Below are positions 28,450 to 37,924 of a stretch of DNA of 64,000 nt, in pieces. Numbering within the stretch: position 1 is the stretch's first letter; each line of letters opens with the position of its first letter. Origin of the DNA: an uncultured Cytophagales bacterium (GTDB lineage Bacteria; Bacteroidota; Bacteroidia; Cytophagales; Cyclobacteriaceae); assembly GCA_963820995.1 (NCBI GenBank), contig CAWGCL010000017.1:4729-68728 (forward strand), in the 5' to 3' direction. The notes under the pieces are model-generated. The model was not told the DNA's origin and did no database searches. It saw nothing but the letters and a program-made list of their open reading frames with translations. A program made the position numbers and the translations under genes.

Positions 28450-29511
28450 ATGCAGATGAAAGAATTCGTTGAATCCAATAGGGCTTATTCCATATTAGTT
28501 ACCGGTGGTTCAGGATTTCTTGGTCAGGCAATAATAAAGGAGTTGCTGATCGATTCTCCATTGATCAACTCTAAGGAAATCAGAATTCTGGATTTAGAAG
28601 AATATAGTGAATCAAGTGAGCCTGGAATTACTTACATTCATGGGGATGTCCGTGATTATGAAAGCCTGGAAAAAGCTTCAAGAGGTGTTGATATCATCTT
28701 TCATTCAGCTGCTATTGTGGATTGGGGGACACATTCTGCGAATGACGTCTATGATGTAAATTTTAAGGGAACAGAAAACGTGATCAAAGCCTGTAAAAGG
28801 AATAATGTTGGCATATTGATCTATACAAGTTCTCTTGATGCCGTATTTACCGGCAAACCACTTGTAAATATAAATGAAGATCAGCCTTACCCTGAGGTGC
28901 ACCCTAATATGTATTGTGAGAGTAAAGCGCTTTCAGAAAAGGCTGTAATTGAAGCTAATAATAATTCGTTAAAGACCTGCGTACTTCGGCCATCTGACGT
29001 TTATGGAGAAGGAGATCCTTATCATATTGACTCCCTGATCAACATGGCAAAAACAGGTTTTTATGTCCGGCTGGGCAATGGTACTTCAAAATGCCAGCAT
29101 GTATATGTAGGCAATATGGCTCATGCTCATATATTGGCGGCAAAAAATATATTGGAGCAAAATACCATTATAACCGGAAAAATATACTTCATAACCGATG
29201 GCCCTGGTCATAACTTTTTTTCCTTTTTTGATCAGATCGTTGAAAAATCAGGTTATAAGATATGGCCAAAAAATATGTGGTTACCCAGGTGGCTGGCTTA
29301 TGCGATAGGAAGCATTTCAGAGTTTACCGCTTTTCTTTTCAGGCCGATCCGGCATTATAATCCTAAGTTCAGCCGGTTTGCAGTAGTGTATACGTGTACA
29401 GATTTTACCTTTTCATCCGATAGGGCGAGGGAGGATTTTGGATTCAAACCTAAATACAGTTTTGAGTATTCGATAGAGAGAACAGTGAACCATTATAAAG
29501 TTAAAGGGTAA
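28450..29511 (+). CDS. NAD(P)-dependent epimerase/dehydratase, 3-beta-hydroxysteroid dehydrogenase/isomerase family
   Basis: It has VTGGSGFLGQ (the GxxGxxG motif) and a catalytic YCESK (YxxxK). Length is 353 aa. Confidence 0.75.
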   Translation: MQMKEFVESNRAYSILVTGGSGFLGQAIIKELLIDSPLINSKEIRILDLEEYSESSEPGITYIHGDVRDYESLEKASRGVDIIFHSAAIVDWGTHSANDVYDVNFKGTENVIKACKRNNVGILIYTSSLDAVFTGKPLVNINEDQPYPEVHPNMYCESKALSEKAVIEANNNSLKTCVLRPSDVYGEGDPYHIDSLINMAKTGFYVRLGNGTSKCQHVYVGNMAHAHILAAKNILEQNTIITGKIYFITDGPGHNFFSFFDQIVEKSGYKIWPKNMWLPRWLAYAIGSISEFTAFLFRPIRHYNPKFSRFAVVYTCTDFTFSSDRAREDFGFKPKYSFEYSIERTVNHYKVKG

Positions 29512-29553
29512 ATCTCTTACGATCCTGAAAAACTTATGAGAGGTTTTGGGAAA

Positions 29554-31191
29554 TTATCTGATAAGGAATTTTGATATAAAGAGTCCATCTCCTGACTTAA
29601 GACCCAGAAAATATATACCCTGAGAAAACTGGTTCAGATCGATCTGCATCCTGCTTGATGCAATGATTTGTTGATTTTTCAAAGTCCTGCCATAAATGTC
29701 AAAGATCTGGTAAGATGAAAAGGGATGTTTTTCATTCAATTCCAGAAATATCATGTCATCCGCAGGGTTAGGGAACAAACGAAAAGTGGTTTCATCATTT
29801 TCCCGAAGCTGATCTTCATCCACTGATGTAAGGTTAGGATCATATTCAGAGGCACTTTCTGAAATTACAGAATTAATCAATGTCGAATCAATTGAGTAAG
29901 CTGTTATGCGAAACCAGCACAAGCTGCCATCCGGAATTTCAGGTTGGTCCCAGAAGTAATATGGATCTGATAACTCAGTAGCCAGTGTCAGAAAAGATTC
30001 TTTATCATCAATGCTGTATTCAAGATTATACTTCAGGGGTCTTCCATCATCGGGATTGGAAACTTCCCATGATATAGCCCTGGAGGCTGTCCAGCGATCA
30101 GTAGAAGGATATGTTATAAACATTTCCGGTTCTTCGTAAGAATGTAATAGTTCTGCAAATCCTATTCCAGTTACCTCCTCTCCATTCACTGTTCCCATCA
30201 CATGCGTTGAACCTTCGAAAAAGCGAAAAGGCAATTGTATCTCTGAGTTATTGTGATTAACAGTTATAATCAGGTCTATGTTATTTGCTGTTGAAGTGAA
30301 TCTCCATTTGCCGGAATAACACATCACACTATCCGGCATATAATTAAACGCCAATCTTTCAATTTCAAAGTCATGTGAAGTATACTGGGTTAGTGTATCC
30401 ACATATATTGACATATGCCTGTATGTCGCTGTATCGGGAAGTCTTCGATCCGGCGTAAATAGATTGTAAATATTGATATCCATATCATTAGATAACTGGA
30501 TAAAAAACCACTCATATTTTTCTTCAGTCAGTGGGTTGAATGTCCCATATTGCCTGTCTATCCAGGCGGTTCCATTAACTGGTTCAGTCATCCCATTTAT
30601 GTCAAGTGTTCCCTCAACCACTGACTTGGTTAAGGAATAATAGTAAGTATAACTGTTTTCTCCCTGCTCAAAATATCCGTTATCTCCCAATATAAGTGGC
30701 GGCTTGGCAGAATCATATGTTAGGTTCAGTACATTTTGGTCGGATTCGGCGGAAAGGGTATATTCAAAAGGGATAATTGCATCATCGATCCCGGTTTTGT
30801 TATACCAGAATTCTGAGTTTCCTCCCATAGTAGTGGCTTGTATATTCAGGCTGTCTTCAGCCATGATGTCATAATTTACAGCTGCAGTTTCAGAATAAAA
30901 GGCACCAGTTTCTTCGTTGGTGACATTGAGAATTCTAAATCCGTCAAAGCCATAGGCTGGGAAATAAAAATAAGTAAGCATAAAACTGAATGAATTTCCG
31001 GAGTTATCCCCTGTTAAATGGCCGGCAGTATACCACCATTCGATAGATTCTGCAGGATGTCTCCCTTCGTCCAACGGAAATGAGATCAGGCTGCCATCAG
31101 GAATATGCGGGTATTTCTTCCATCCCTGGCCGTATCCCTGGATAGAAAGGAAGGTTATACATATGGAAATGATCAGCTGCCTTTTTATCAT
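29554..31191 (-). CDS. Secreted AttH/CrtC-like (lipocalin-like hydratase fold) protein with a T9SS C-terminal sorting domain
   Basis: It has a signal peptide. The N-terminal HPAESIEWWYTAGHL is AttH/CrtC-like. The last ~80 aa (FRLFPNPADDMIFLEL...GIYFLGLKSGDGLFISKFLIR) match the Por secretion tail pattern. Confidence 0.6.
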   Translation of the reverse strand: MIKRQLIISICITFLSIQGYGQGWKKYPHIPDGSLISFPLDEGRHPAESIEWWYTAGHLTGDNSGNSFSFMLTYFYFPAYGFDGFRILNVTNEETGAFYSETAAVNYDIMAEDSLNIQATTMGGNSEFWYNKTGIDDAIIPFEYTLSAESDQNVLNLTYDSAKPPLILGDNGYFEQGENSYTYYYSLTKSVVEGTLDINGMTEPVNGTAWIDRQYGTFNPLTEEKYEWFFIQLSNDMDINIYNLFTPDRRLPDTATYRHMSIYVDTLTQYTSHDFEIERLAFNYMPDSVMCYSGKWRFTSTANNIDLIITVNHNNSEIQLPFRFFEGSTHVMGTVNGEEVTGIGFAELLHSYEEPEMFITYPSTDRWTASRAISWEVSNPDDGRPLKYNLEYSIDDKESFLTLATELSDPYYFWDQPEIPDGSLCWFRITAYSIDSTLINSVISESASEYDPNLTSVDEDQLRENDETTFRLFPNPADDMIFLELNEKHPFSSYQIFDIYGRTLKNQQIIASSRMQIDLNQFSQGIYFLGLKSGDGLFISKFLIR

Positions 31192-31364
31192 AATTGTTTT
31201 TTTGCTGATCTAATTGCATTAAAGCAAAATGATCAGGACAATGATATTCGTTTCTTATTTGTTAATCACATAACAATCGAAAAGGTAAATTAATTATAAT
31301 TAATGAACAATTCATAGTGTCATCATTTATAAAGAAATGAATACAATCCCGAATAGGAAACAAT

Positions 31365-31400
31365 AAAAAAAGCCATGCAAACGATCAAGTCCACATGGCT
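31365..31400 (-). terminator. Rho-independent terminator of the lipoprotein gene
   Basis: AGCCATG (31371-31377) pairs with CATGGCT (31394-31400). On the minus-strand RNA a U run follows (A6-7 at 31365-31371 on the plus strand). Confidence 0.6.
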
Positions 31401-31421
31401 TATCACCTTAAATTAACACGC

Positions 31422-31958
31422 CTATTTAGTAAGTGTCATTTCAATTTTCATGGATACTTCAACATCAGGAGTATCTAAATTTTCATCGAGGTCTTCCATG
31501 GATAACTCATCATAACTAACCTTCAAGGTACTTTTTGTAAGTTCAAGGATAGATATAATTTGTTCGTCAGAAGTACCGCCGTCAATGATTATTTTATTAC
31601 CATCTGAATTTATGGCCCATGAACCATCTTCAACAGTATCTGCTATTCTAAAGACGTATGTATTATCATCTTTAAATTCAATTGTTCCACCAAAAGATTC
31701 CTTTAAGAAGGCATCATAAATAGCGGAGAACGCTTCGGCTTCAAGACCCGACATTCCCATTACATCGGTAAAATAATTTTTTATGGGAAGACCGCCTATT
31801 TCCGGGACAACGTCAGCATCTGAAATTGTCCATAAGCCTACCAATTCTGCTGTGTCAATACTCGCTTCTTTTTCAAAAAGGTCACAGCCAGTTGCAACAA
31901 AGATTGAGAATACTCCAATGATAATGAGAGATCTCATTTTACTTAAATTACTACTCAT
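31422..31958 (-). CDS. Lipocalin-like lipoprotein, hypothetical
   Basis: It has a lipobox, FVATGC, and repeated beta-strand segments (GTIEFKDDNTYVFRI..GSWAINSDGNKIIIDG). Confidence 0.5.
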   Translation of the reverse strand: MSSNLSKMRSLIIIGVFSIFVATGCDLFEKEASIDTAELVGLWTISDADVVPEIGGLPIKNYFTDVMGMSGLEAEAFSAIYDAFLKESFGGTIEFKDDNTYVFRIADTVEDGSWAINSDGNKIIIDGGTSDEQIISILELTKSTLKVSYDELSMEDLDENLDTPDVEVSMKIEMTLTK

Positions 31959-32080
31959 AATAAAATGATTTTATTTAGCTGATATTAACTGGTTAAATAA
32001 TTTTAAAAATTGTCGATTTAAAAAGTTTTATACTTTTAATCAGTTTTAAAACGCAGAAGTAACCTTTTTAGTATAATATT

Positions 32081-33055
32081 TCACCATCCCAGAAGGTAAG
32101 CAAAAATCAATGGAGCAACAATGGTAGCATCTGATTCAATAATAAATTTGGGCGTTTCCGGATTTAGTTTACCCCAGGTTATCTTTTCATTTGGCACTGC
32201 ACCTGAATAGGATCCATAACTAGTGGTTGAGTCGCTGATCTGGCAAAAATATGACCACATAGGAATATCCTCCAGCAGGAGATCCTGATGGAGCATTGGA
32301 ACTACACATATTGGAAAATCACCTGCAATACCACCTCCAATCTGAAAAAACCCAATCCCAGGATCCGAGTTATCTCTGTACCAGTCTGCCAGATAAATCA
32401 TATATTCAATACCTGATTTAGTGATCGAGGGATTCAATGTACCTTTAATACAGTGGGCAGCAAATATATTTCCGCAGGTAGAGTCTTCCCATCCGGGAAC
32501 TATGATCGGGAGATCTTTCTCTGCTGCTGCCAAAAGCCAGGAATCCTTTGGATCAATTTCATAATTTTCCTCAAGTTTACCGCTAAGAAGTAATTGATAC
32601 ATATATTCATGAGGAAAATACCTTGTCCCTTCAGATTTTGCCTTCTCCCAGCTAAGTAACAGATGATTTTCTATTCGCCTGAAGGCTGCTTCCTCTGGTA
32701 TACAAGTATCAGTAACCCGGTTAAGATGCGCGTTTAAAAGTTCGAGTTCATCAGAAGGGGAAAGATCACGATAATGCGGAATTCTTTTATATTGATTATG
32801 TGCTATAAGATTAAAGACATCTTCTTCAAGATTTGCACCAGTGCATGTAATTATGTGGACTTTATCTTTTCTGATCATCTCAGCCAGGGATTTTCCAAGC
32901 TCCGCAGTGCTCATGGCCCCGGCAAGCGTGATCATCATTTTATTCCCTCCAGTGAGTTGATTTTCATATTCACGTGCGGCATCCACAAGGGCAGCGGCAT
33001 TAAAATGCTTATAATGATTCAGCATAAACCGGGTAACGGGACCTTTAGGATTCAT
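32081..33055 (-). CDS. Deoxyhypusine synthase family protein (possible homospermidine synthase-like enzyme)
   Basis: 324 aa. The DHS-like core is LAGAMSTAELGKSLAEMIRKDKVHIITCTGANLEEDVFNL, and later GGGIAGDFPI. It overlaps the agmatinase stop by 11 nt. Confidence 0.7.
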   Translation of the reverse strand: MNPKGPVTRFMLNHYKHFNAAALVDAAREYENQLTGGNKMMITLAGAMSTAELGKSLAEMIRKDKVHIITCTGANLEEDVFNLIAHNQYKRIPHYRDLSPSDELELLNAHLNRVTDTCIPEEAAFRRIENHLLLSWEKAKSEGTRYFPHEYMYQLLLSGKLEENYEIDPKDSWLLAAAEKDLPIIVPGWEDSTCGNIFAAHCIKGTLNPSITKSGIEYMIYLADWYRDNSDPGIGFFQIGGGIAGDFPICVVPMLHQDLLLEDIPMWSYFCQISDSTTSYGSYSGAVPNEKITWGKLNPETPKFIIESDATIVAPLIFAYLLGW

Positions 33056-33896
33056 TATATTTAAATTTATAGCTTAACATTTTGTAATATAATTTGGCCA
33101 CTAAAAAATCAGGCGCTTTTAAATCTTTTATTGGGGCCAGCTCCACAATATCAAATCCTTTCACCTCTCTCAATTGAAATACCTTTTTTAAAAATTGTAA
33201 GGTTGTTTCCCAACTCAATCCTCCAGGTTCCGGAGTTCCGGTTGAAGGCATAATACCAGGATCAAGCACATCAAGGTCAAGGGTTATATATACCTTATCT
33301 TTCATGATCCCAATGGCTCGATCAATCCAATCCGTATCACCCACAATATCTTCTGCAAAAAAGCAATTATTCTTTTTCATATGATCCAATTCTGACTTAT
33401 CCATGCTTCTGATACCAACCTGAATCAGGTTGCTATTTTGTGAAGCATCGTGCAGCGCACAAGCATGGTTGAAAGCTGATCCATTGTATTCAGGGCGCAA
33501 GTCAGCATGTGCATCCAATTGAAGGATCGTAATATCCGGATATGTTTCATAAAAAGCTTTAATAATTCCAATGCTAATGGAATGTTCTCCGCCAAAAAAA
33601 GTTGGGAACTTACCGGATTTGATTATTTGTAAGGAGCTATGGTATACTTTCTCATACACTTTTTCAGGAGTAGATTTTTCAAGTATTTCAGGGAGAATAT
33701 GTATCCCTTTTCTATAAACCTCAGTATCAGTTTCTATATCATAGAGTTCCATATTTTCAGCGGCTTCAAGAAATCTCTCAAATCCTATATCAGCTCCTTT
33801 ACCCCAGGTGCTGGTACCATCATAGGGTATGGATTGCAATAGAATCTCTGCTTTATCGAAAGATGCATATTTCTCTGGTATTCCTGCGAAAGTCAT
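33045..33896 (-). CDS. speB: Agmatinase (arginase/ureohydrolase family)
   Basis: Mn-binding motifs are present: GGEHSIS, LQLDAHADLR and ITLDLDVLDPGIMPSTGTPEPGGLS. Confidence 0.85.
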   Translation of the reverse strand: MTFAGIPEKYASFDKAEILLQSIPYDGTSTWGKGADIGFERFLEAAENMELYDIETDTEVYRKGIHILPEILEKSTPEKVYEKVYHSSLQIIKSGKFPTFFGGEHSISIGIIKAFYETYPDITILQLDAHADLRPEYNGSAFNHACALHDASQNSNLIQVGIRSMDKSELDHMKKNNCFFAEDIVGDTDWIDRAIGIMKDKVYITLDLDVLDPGIMPSTGTPEPGGLSWETTLQFLKKVFQLREVKGFDIVELAPIKDLKAPDFLVAKLYYKMLSYKFKYNES

Positions 33897-35309
33897 TTAG
33901 TGCGCGTCGTTATATCCTAAAATATTCATCATATCATCCACAGATTGTTCGTGCCTGAATACATAATCTATAAAATTTCCAGTATCATCCCTGTCTATGA
34001 TCACATGTTTTGGAGATGGGATAAGACAATGTTTGATTCCCCCATAACCGCTGATCGAATCCTGATAAGCGCCCGTATGAAAAAATCCGATATATAGCGG
34101 TTCTTTTTCCTCGTCTGAATAAGCGGGTAACAGAATTTGTTGGTTGAAATCCTCGGAATTATAATAATCTGAGTGATCACAACTTATCCCTCCAATATTT
34201 ACTTTTGTGAATTCATTATTCCATTTATTAATTGGAAGGAGAATAAACTTTTCATGCATCGACCAGGCATCTGGAATTGTATTCATCAAACTATTATTTA
34301 CGATGTACCATAGTTCAGAATCATTTTGTTTTTTTTGTTCTAACACCTTGAAAATAATAGCTCCACTTTCTCCTACTGTATATTTTCCAAATTCTGTATA
34401 TAAATCAGGATCTTCGATTCCCTCGGCAGTACATGTCTCTTTGATGTTTCTTACGATCTCCTGGATCATGTATTCATAATCATACTCAAATCCAAGGTGG
34501 TTTCGAATTGGCAATCCTCCTCCTAAATTCAGGGCATGAAGTTTTGGGTATTCTTTCTTAAGTTCTACATACAAATCAAGTGCTTTTTTAAATTCTCCCC
34601 AATAATACAATGTATCCCTGATTCCTGAATCTACAAAGAAATGCAACATCTCAAATTCAACATTCGGATTATCCTTAATCTTAACTCTGAAAAATTCCAC
34701 TAGTTCATTTGGCCTTATTCCAAGCCTGGAAGTATAATAGGCTGACTGCGGTTCTTCATCTATTGCCATGCGTAAACCAATTTTAATCTTTCTTCCGGAT
34801 GCAAAACGTAATAAGCGGTCCAATTCATAAACACTATCAAGGATAACAACAGAACTTTTAAAGCCTTTATCCTGCAACATAATTATCTTCTGAAGGTAAT
34901 CATCTGTTTTATATCCATTATGAATAATAATGCAGGATTTATTCAATTCCTTCTTTTCATAGAGTTTTAGAATTAAATCAATATCAAAGGAGGAGGATGT
35001 TTCCAGGTTTACATTATGTTTCATGGCTGCACTGACAACATGATGAAAATGACAACATTTGGTGCAATAACAGAAATGATAATGGCCGGAATAATTATAC
35101 TTTTTCATCGCCCTTTTAAAAAGGTTTCTTACTCTTTTTATTTGCTCACCAATTCTTGGTAAATAGATAAGGCGAAAAGGAGTTTCATATTTCTCTATCA
35201 GATACTTAATTGATACACCGTGAAATTTGAGATAATCTCCCTGCAGATCGAAGCCTTCCTGTGGAAAGTAAAAGGTCTGCTCAACCAGGTCAAAGAATGT
35301 ATTTTTCAT
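33897..35309 (-). CDS. speA: Arginine decarboxylase (PLP-dependent, Orn/DAP/Arg decarboxylase fold)
   Basis: 470 aa with group IV decarboxylase-like motifs (NLGGGLPI, GGISCD, FHTGAYQ). Its TAA stop directly abuts the agmatinase ATG (TAAATG). Confidence 0.7.
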   Translation of the reverse strand: MKNTFFDLVEQTFYFPQEGFDLQGDYLKFHGVSIKYLIEKYETPFRLIYLPRIGEQIKRVRNLFKRAMKKYNYSGHYHFCYCTKCCHFHHVVSAAMKHNVNLETSSSFDIDLILKLYEKKELNKSCIIIHNGYKTDDYLQKIIMLQDKGFKSSVVILDSVYELDRLLRFASGRKIKIGLRMAIDEEPQSAYYTSRLGIRPNELVEFFRVKIKDNPNVEFEMLHFFVDSGIRDTLYYWGEFKKALDLYVELKKEYPKLHALNLGGGLPIRNHLGFEYDYEYMIQEIVRNIKETCTAEGIEDPDLYTEFGKYTVGESGAIIFKVLEQKKQNDSELWYIVNNSLMNTIPDAWSMHEKFILLPINKWNNEFTKVNIGGISCDHSDYYNSEDFNQQILLPAYSDEEKEPLYIGFFHTGAYQDSISGYGGIKHCLIPSPKHVIIDRDDTGNFIDYVFRHEQSVDDMMNILGYNDAH

Positions 35310-35587
35310 TCTTAATCAAACATAGAATAAAATAATTGTTGAATAATTAAATGCAAATAAACGGATAATAATTTACATAATTGCATTTTCTTTTTCTGCT
35401 AAAAACATATAATTTTAAAAAATTTTATAGCTGATAAAAGGTTAAAATTGGAAGTAAACTATAAATTCCTAATCACTTCAAATATAATTGTCTCAATTAA
35501 TCCATTATGAGTTGATATTTCCCGCTATGAAAGATTAAAAGTAGTAAATTGTATTTATAAATTCATTTTAAAATAATCAATCATATT

Positions 35588-36115
35588 ATGAAAAACATTA
35601 TCAGATTAATTATCATCCTTGCGGTATCATCTTATACTTCCTTACATGCCCAGAAATACGATATCGAGGAATCGAATAAAACAATCGCCGACTTCAAAAA
35701 AGAAGATCCGGGGATTGAGAAATTCTTTAATAATTCACATGGATATGCTGTTTTGTACTCAGTCGGAAAAGGCGCGGTTGGTGTAGGAGGTGCAGGTGGA
35801 AAAGGAACTGTTTATGAACAGGGAACTCCAAAAGCTGATGTAAAAATGTCGCAGGTAACAGTTGGTTTTGCACTTGGTGGTCAGAAATATGCTGAGATTA
35901 TCTTCTTTGAGGATAAGGAACATTACGATCATTTTGTGAGCAAAGATTTTGAATTCGCTGCTCAGACTTCAGCTGTCGCACTAAGCTCGGGTGTCTCAGC
36001 AAATGCTAAATACAGAGATGGGGTTGTTGTTTTTACCATGGCGATTGGTGGCCTTATGTATGAAGCGTCCGTTGGAGGACAGAAATTTAAAGTCACCTTG
36101 TATGGAGAAGAATAA
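35588..36115 (+). CDS. SYLF (Ysc84/DUF500)-like lipid-binding domain protein, secreted
   Basis: It has a signal peptide. The Gly-rich beta pattern is GKGAVGVGGAGGKGTVYE...GFALGGQKYAEIIFF...GGLMYEASVGGQKF. Confidence 0.5.
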   Translation: MKNIIRLIIILAVSSYTSLHAQKYDIEESNKTIADFKKEDPGIEKFFNNSHGYAVLYSVGKGAVGVGGAGGKGTVYEQGTPKADVKMSQVTVGFALGGQKYAEIIFFEDKEHYDHFVSKDFEFAAQTSAVALSSGVSANAKYRDGVVVFTMAIGGLMYEASVGGQKFKVTLYGEE

Positions 36116-36124
36116 AAATAAAAA

Positions 36125-36163
36125 AATCCCGACTGCCTAACTCATATCCGGGCAATCGGGATT
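36125..36163 (-). terminator. Hairpin terminator between convergent genes, best suited to tpx
   Basis: AATCCCGA (36125-36132) pairs with TCGGGATT (36156-36163), plus an inner TGCC/GGCA pairing. An A-rich run on the plus strand just upstream gives a U run after the hairpin on the minus-strand RNA. Confidence 0.6.
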
Positions 36164-36189
36164 TCAAATATCTTCTTAAAGTTGTCTAT

Positions 36190-36691
36190 TTATGCAAGCG
36201 CATCCAATGCGGCCTGATAATTCGGCTCTTCAGAAGCTTCCTGTACCTGCTCAGAGTAAAGTACTTTTCCGTTTTCATCAGCAACGATAACCACCCTCGA
36301 GAACAATCCTTGTAATGGACCTTCAACAATTTCCAATTCATAATCTTTGCCAAATTGACTGTGTGGCAAAATCCGAGAGGGTGATGGCATTATCAATGCC
36401 TTCTGTTCCACAGAATCTGCTTTGTGCAAATGGAAGGTCTCTGCTGATACACAATACTTGGGTATTATCAAGTTCAGCAGCGTATTTATTAAATGCCCGT
36501 ACTGAATTTGCACAGGTTCCTGTATCCAGGCTTAGGAATACATTTAGAACAATCCTTGAGCCTGCAAAGTCTTTAAGAGAAACTTTAGAAAGGTCATTTT
36601 TTGTAAGTAAGAAATCAGGAAGCGAATCCCCTGCGACTGGAATATTACCTTTTGTAATTGTGGTATTTCCTTTGAATTTTATTGTAGCCAT
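36190..36691 (-). pseudogene. tpx: Thiol peroxidase Tpx (atypical 2-Cys peroxiredoxin), frame interrupted near 36365-36370
   Basis: The N-terminal part (ORF 36338-36691) reads ...[16 protein letters not shown]...[18 protein letters not shown]. The C-terminal part is in the +1-related frame: [57 protein letters not shown]. The repaired length is 166 aa, which fits Tpx. Confidence 0.8.
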
Positions 36692-37005
36692 ATTTTAATA
36701 TTATTTAATGAATAATTCTAGTATCTGAAAAGTTTACAGGCATATGTAGCTATCCTGTAAAAGCATATTATCAGTATGCTAAATTAAGTGTTAGAACTTA
36801 GTTGACCAATAAAATGTTTTAATTAAACTCTTTGGATAATCAGAATTATGTTTGATTATCATTAATCGGAACCTTTTGGTAAAAGATCTTTCGTTTTCAA
36901 TTTTGCCGGGCTGAAGATCTCAATGACAAAATTGGATATGCCCAGATCTAATTACTAAGTAATGATATCGATATTACTTTAATGAGGATGTAAATTATCT
37001 ATCCA

Positions 37006-37683
37006 TCATATTGTTGGTCCACTATCCGTCTCAGGTAATTGTCTGGATTCAACAGAATAATATATCGAAGCAAACGATGCATAGATCCACATGGCGGCTA
37101 TAATTACACCAATTAAGAAAGCTATTAATCCGCCAATAGCAATAAAGATGGCCAGTAGTCCTATTACGAAAATATTGACGGCATAACCATCGGTCATTTG
37201 CCAGCTTTTTTGGAGGGCTTTTATGGCATCCATTTTTTTATCGATTACCAGATAGGGTACAAAAGCCAGTTTACATGCAAATATAATCCCTGGAATAATA
37301 AGCATAAAAATGCCAATTCCAATAATTACATTTGTAAGTAATGAAGCCAGCATTACATTGATATAGTTTTCTTTTATATCAAAAAGGTCTTTAACCTGCA
37401 AATTCTCGCCCCTGGCTGCTTTTAAATAACAATAAAACATTCCATATTGAAGCGGGCCCAGAATCAGGATGCCATAAGCTGCAGACAAAAAAACGAAAAT
37501 TACAATTAGGGACCAATTACTGCCATCTTGTACTATAAAAGAAAAAGCATTAATGGGGATTGAAATAATAAATATTAGCAGTCCAATTAAAAAGAGTTCC
37601 AGAAAATATTTCCATATCGTCTTCCAGCCATGGTTATAGGCATCACCTACAGTTGGTTCGAAATCAGCTTTTACGTATTCCAT
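37006..37683 (-). CDS. Integral membrane protein, hypothetical (DUF975-like topology)
   Basis: 225 aa with about 5 hydrophobic helices. I recognised no catalytic motif. Confidence 0.4.
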   Translation of the reverse strand: MEYVKADFEPTVGDAYNHGWKTIWKYFLELFLIGLLIFIISIPINAFSFIVQDGSNWSLIVIFVFLSAAYGILILGPLQYGMFYCYLKAARGENLQVKDLFDIKENYINVMLASLLTNVIIGIGIFMLIIPGIIFACKLAFVPYLVIDKKMDAIKALQKSWQMTDGYAVNIFVIGLLAIFIAIGGLIAFLIGVIIAAMWIYASFASIYYSVESRQLPETDSGPTI

Positions 37684-37924
37684 GTTATTAGGATTTTAAA
37701 GGTTATCAAATCAGTATGAAAATAAGAAAATTTTCAATCTCTTTGAAGCACAAGGAATTAAATCTGTTTTATTGGAAACAAATAGGAACACGAATATATC
37801 CATCCACAACCGTCTATCGTAATCAAATACCGCCTATATGATTATAATTTTTACTTTAAAATTAGGACCATATATTTAACTTGGAATAGTATCCATTCTT
37901 CTTTATTAACAAAAATCATAAATC

